A stretch of DNA of 63,842 nucleotides, filler included, from Collodictyon triciliatum (Eukaryota), in assembly GCA_043381765.1 (NCBI GenBank). It is 12 parts of 12 records of this genome, joined end to end, with 100 filler letters (N's around TTAATTAATTAA, not from the genome) between each part and the next. Parts side by side here need not be neighbours in the genome. Positions count along the whole stretch, not along the records: positions 55,758 to 61,225 come from JBHJMP010005172.1; positions 61,326 to 63,842 come from JBHJMP010005185.1; 10 more parts are not named here. One strand, 5' to 3'. Shown one piece after another: positions 59,201 through 63,842 of the stretch. The position numbers and the translations under genes are program-made. The stretch's first letter is position 1. Each line of letters opens with the position of its first letter. The notes under the pieces were generated by a model. The model saw only the letters and a program-made list of their open reading frames with translations, made no database searches and had not been told where the DNA came from.

Positions 59201-61094
59201 TGGACCTATCTAATGAGTCCTGAGGTGAATTTCGTAGACTTACAATTCAAGGTTGAATCATCGAATGTGAAAGTAATTAAGATTTGGAATTACAATAAGA
59301 GCATGGTGGTGAGCTTTATGACTTAATTTGCATAATCTTTACATTTACAGCCTTGAATGAAATAAATGAAGAAAGAGCTTCGACGATTCAAAATTGAATC
59401 AAAAGATAACCATATGTTAGAACGATAGTATAATTATTGTCTTTTTCATAATTTCTTTCACTTTTCATTATCAATTCTAATACATTACATAATTCGAAAC
59501 TTCAGGAGTCAATTAAAGGAGTTCGAAGAATGAAGGTCTTTCACGAGGGTCGAAGGATATGGGAAGGTGATGTGACAAAAGGATCTGGAAACGAACTTTT
59601 TGACTATTCCACTGCAATATCACAGGGACCTGATGGGTGGCTATATCATGAAGAATATGATTCTCCAGAATTTGGCCCAGAGTCAACGCTATCTGAACCA
59701 CAGCTTCAACCACAGCCCCTCGGTATGTCACCAAAGTCTTCGCTCACCACCAATAAAGGAGACAAGAATATACCGGCAGTTTCCAGCGTCGAACACTCCT
59801 CAAAAGTAGCTATAACGAACAAAGAACTCAATTCTACAAAAAAATCAGAAAATACCCCATTGAACTCTGATGAAACGATGTCCTTGCAATATCCCAGTCC
59901 AAAAGAGAAAACAAAATCTCCGAAATCAAACAAGATGTCAAAACCAAAGAAAGATATATTGAATTGGCTCGATGGAGTTTCGGAATCCAACCCAACCCCT
60001 GATTTTGGTTCTAGACCATCTAGTTTATCTACATCTGATATTTCAACAATACCTGATGATGTTGGAATCGACAAAGGAAATAGGTAGCTTAGAAAATTTT
60101 AAAAAATTAACGGAGCCAAAAAAAATGAACAAAAAAAAAATCATCATGGTCAGTTATTATATCGTCCCCTAATGAGTGCGAAGTCATATACCCATAAAAA
60201 ATGCCCAATATAATTGCCCCCATCATTTAGGATGAATGGGGAATATGGCGAATCTGTTCCCATATGGCTGTCAGATAAAGGTTATTGTTTATTTATCAGC
60301 ACTAATATATGATGGGTAAATATTTATCTTGGTTTTGATTAGGATAAAATGTATTTGTACCTGTGTACTCTACTAAACACTTTAAATTCATCGAACAGAT
60401 TTGAAATCATCTTCGTCAAAGAAGATAAATGACTCTGGCAATACTCCACTGCTAACTTCATTAGGTAGAAGCCGGATAAGACTAAGTTCTAAAGACATGC
60501 TGTCTTCTTCCCCCATTTTGCAAACAACCAGTGAAAAGACACAGGAACCTACGAATCACTCTAAAGGAAGGCGAACAGGGATGTCTCCAAGAACATCTTT
60601 TTCAGCTAGTACGGAACAAGTCTCTGATAAAGATAGCCAGAACGTTGCATCATCGAAAAAATCAGTTGATGTCACTCGGTTGGGCGATTTGGACAAAATG
60701 CTTGATTCGCTGACCTCTTTTTCTATGAAGCATATGGGTCGTCTTGGAGTTGCTAAGGAGATTCCAGATGGTATGATTTTATGAGTCTCAAATAGTGGTG
60801 TTTGCTACTAATCTCCTTATTCATCTCTAGAAAGTAGCTCCTTTATCTTTTATAGCTCCCTCTGATTAGTATTTGCTAAACCCATTTCACGATATTTACA
60901 CAATAATTTTACACAGAGGGGAAAATTGGCGAGTTTATTCAATCTATGGGGTCAACTGGAGTAGAGACCAGGATTTCTAGAAATTTTGTGAGAGAATCCT
61001 TGAAAGAAAAATCATTTGGGAATTCCTCGAATTTAACAACAATCGAACCAGCAGATACTAGCAAGAGAGCAGACACCAAAACATCAAAAATCAG
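55921..61094 (+). CDS. KATNIP: Katanin-interacting protein (KIAA0556, DUF4457), 3' end truncated
   Basis: EEYLLLIQERNKLL...EKGFNVYFRGAN; FRLLTTWGHKSIIGLTEIDFYD; TNNERHMW; IKIWNYNKS; GVRRMKVF...WEGDVTKGSGNELFDYST. Confidence 0.9.
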
Positions 61095-61125
61095 GTCAAA
61101 ATAAGCGAATTTTGATTGTTTTTGC

Positions 61126-61225
<100 letters not shown>

Positions 61226-61349
61226 NNNNNNNNNNNNNNNNNNNNNNNNNNNNNNNNNNNNNNNNNNNNTTAATTAATTAANNNNNNNNNNNNNNNNNNN
61301 NNNNNNNNNNNNNNNNNNNNNNNNNATGATTATATATAAAAGACAAAGA

Positions 61350-62965
61350 TGTAAAAAACAATAACAAAAAACAATAACAAAAAACAATAACAAAAAACAA
61401 TAACAAAAAACAATAACAAAAAACAATAACAAAAAACAATAACAAAAAACAATAACAAAAAAATACAAAAAACAATATACGAAAAAACAATAACAAAACA
61501 ATAACAAGAAACAATAACAAAGATAACAATGAACAAAAAACAATAACACTAACAATCACAAATAACAAATAATAAATAACGAATAAACCCTAACAATAAA
61601 CAAAAACAATAACAAATAACAATAACAAATAACAATAACAAATAACAATAACAAATAACAATAACAAAAAACAATAACAAAAAACAATAACAAAAAACAA
61701 TAACAAAAAACAATAACAAAAAACAATAACAAAAAACAATAACAAAAAACAATAACAAAAAACAATAACAAAAAACAATAACAAAAAACAATAACAAAAA
61801 ACAATAACAAAAAACAATAACAAAAAACAATAACAAAAAACAATAACAAAAAACAATAACAAAAAACAATAACAAAAAACAATAACAAAAAACAATAACA
61901 AAAAACAATAACAAAAAACAATAACAAAAAACAATAAACAAAAAATCAATAACAAAACATAACAATAACAAATAAACAATAACAAAAACAAAAAACATAA
62001 CAAAACAATAACAAAAAAACACAAGTAACAAAAAAAACAATAACAAAAAAAAACAATAAAAAAAAACAATAAACAAAAAAAACAAAAGATAACAAAAAAC
62101 AATACCAAAAACAATAACAAAAAACATAAAGAAAACAATACACAAAAACAATACAAACAATACCAAAAAAACAATAACATAAAAACACATAACAAAAAAC
62201 AATAACAAAAAACAATAACAAAAAACATACAAAAACAATAACAAAAAAACAATAACAAAAAACACTACAAAACAATTAACAAGAACACAATAACAAAAAA
62301 AAAACAATAACAAAAACCAATAACAAATAACAATAATAAAATAACAATAACCAATAAAATAACAAATAAAATAAAAATAACAATAACAAAATGAACAATA
62401 ACAAATAACAATAACAAGTCACAAATAACAAATAAAACTAACAATAACAAAAAAGAATATAAAAAGAAATAAAAAAGAATAAAAAAGAATAAAAAAAGAC
62501 TAAAAAAGAATAAAAAAGAAATAAAAGAATAAAAAAGAATATGAAAAAGCCCCATAAAAAAGAATAAAAAAAGAATAAAAGAATAAAAGAATAAAAAAAA
62601 GAATGAAAAAGAAAAAAAAGAATAGAAAAAGAATAAAAAAGAATAAAAAGAATAAAAAAGCATAAACAGAATAAAAAAAGAATAAAAAAGAATAAAAAAA
62701 GAAAAAAAAGAATAAAAAAGAATAAAAAAGAATAAAAAAAGAATAAAAAAGAATAAAAAAGAATAAAAAAGAATAAAAAGAATAAAAAAAGAATAAATAT
62801 AAAAGAATATAAAAGAATAAAAAAGAATATAAAAGAATATAAAAGAATATAAAAGAATATAAAAGAATATAAAAGAATATAAAAGAATATAAAAGAATAT
62901 AAAAGAATATAAAAGAATATAAAAGAATATAAAAGAATATAAAAGAATATAAAAGAATATAAAAC
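61350..62965. repeat. 1.6-kb A-rich low-complexity array (AAAAAACAATAAC)n ... (AAAAGAATAT)n
   Basis: Seen directly; it generates the spurious F/C/Y-rich ORFs. Confidence 0.95.
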
Positions 62966-63015
62966 AAATAATCAAGAACACAAAAGGAGGATATCAAATT
63001 AATTATCAATTTAAA

Positions 63016-63842
63016 CCTTGTTCCAAGGCTTCCAGCTTGCGATGAAGTGCCTTCATTTTCTCCTGAGTTGCCGCATAGAGTCAGACGAATGTAAAGCAAA
63101 CCAAAGAAAAAACCATTTAGTGGGATAGACTGAAAAGAAAAATCTAAAAAAGAAGCAAATACCACAGAAATATGTCTTTGAATTAAAAACCAGATATCTT
63201 ATCTAAAAAAAAAAGAGAAAAAGAGAAAAAGAGAAAAAAGAGATAAAAGAGATAAAAGAGATAAAAGAGATAAAAGAGATAAAAGAGATAAAAGAGATAA
63301 AAGAGATAAAAGAGATAAAAGAGATAAAAGAGATAAAAGAGATAAAAGAGATAAAAGAGATAAAAGAGATAAAAGAGATAAAAGAGATAAAAGAGATAAA
63401 AGAGATAAAAGAGATAAAAGAGATAAAGAGATCGAAATAAAAAGAGATAAAAGAGATAAAAGAGATAAAAGAGATAAAAGAGATAAAAGAGATAAAAGAG
63501 ATAAAAGAGATAAAAGAGAGAAAAAAAAGTGATTTCCTGGGTCAAGTTACCAGCTCTTTTCTGACTGGGTGGCCTTGTGGTTGAAAGCCTTGGGTGTTCA
63601 AATAGACTGGAATGATGTTTTGTTTCCATTAGTACAAAGCCAAGAGCACAAAAAGTAGAATAATAAACACACTATTCTTTCGATATTAATCTTCACAAGC
63701 CAAAAAAAAAAAACTTAAATCTTTTCAAGATATTCGCCCTTATTTTTCTTTTTAAGAACTACAGTCGGGGCAACAGACGATATTAGATAAGCAGCTGGAC
63801 ATGCATTAATGCAGAGATTATCCAGCCTTTCATGCTCATCCT
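63016..63842 (-). CDS. Short exons of an unidentified gene
   Basis: AG/GT-bounded segments such as EKMKALHRKLEALEQ (about 63017-63062) and LFEHPRLSTTRPPSQKRA (about 63552-63607), set among intron-like repeats. Confidence 0.35.
63236..63515. repeat. (AAAAGAGAT)n 9-mer tandem repeat
   Basis: Seen directly. Confidence 0.95.

Noticed and set aside
61274-63629. Long F/C/Y/L-rich ORFs (also poly-I, FVCL, VCVC and X-filled ORFs elsewhere)
   Set aside because: These are translations of microsatellites or N gaps.

Overview
This is eukaryotic (protist-type) draft-genome sequence, not a contiguous locus. It consists of 12 scaffolds joined by an artificial 100-nt spacer (44 N + TTAATTAATTAA + 44 N). 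Complete scaffolds decrease in length from 5479 to 5468 nt, so adjacency across spacers is meaningless and most genes are truncated. Introns are short GT-AG, the standard genetic code is used, and microsatellites are abundant. Recognisable genes: an LRR + Cys-rich + membrane receptor, SPPL3-like protease, NHL-like propeller protein, BRI3-like protein, DHHC palmitoyltransferase, PAP2 lipid phosphatase, CFAP100, a Myb factor, a 2-TM class III nucleotide cyclase, a VIT-vWA protein, a pseudokinase-LRR fusion, a double-C2 protein, histone H3, a DTC/OGC mitochondrial carrier, an LRR-Roc-COR-PH (ROCO) protein, PRPS and KATNIP. CFAP100, KATNIP and the carrier imply a flagellated, mitochondriate organism. 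The most interesting signals are (1) seven symmetric 69-nt one-LRR exons, six flanked by clearly homologous introns, in a receptor gene; (2) a cyclase with a Cya2-like Glu/Gly guanylyl signature that lacks the catalytic Arg; (3) a degenerate ROCO with no visible kinase and a pseudokinase-LRR fusion; and (4) an H3 with a 2-residue insertion between K27 and K36. All identifications are by eye; no database search was run.
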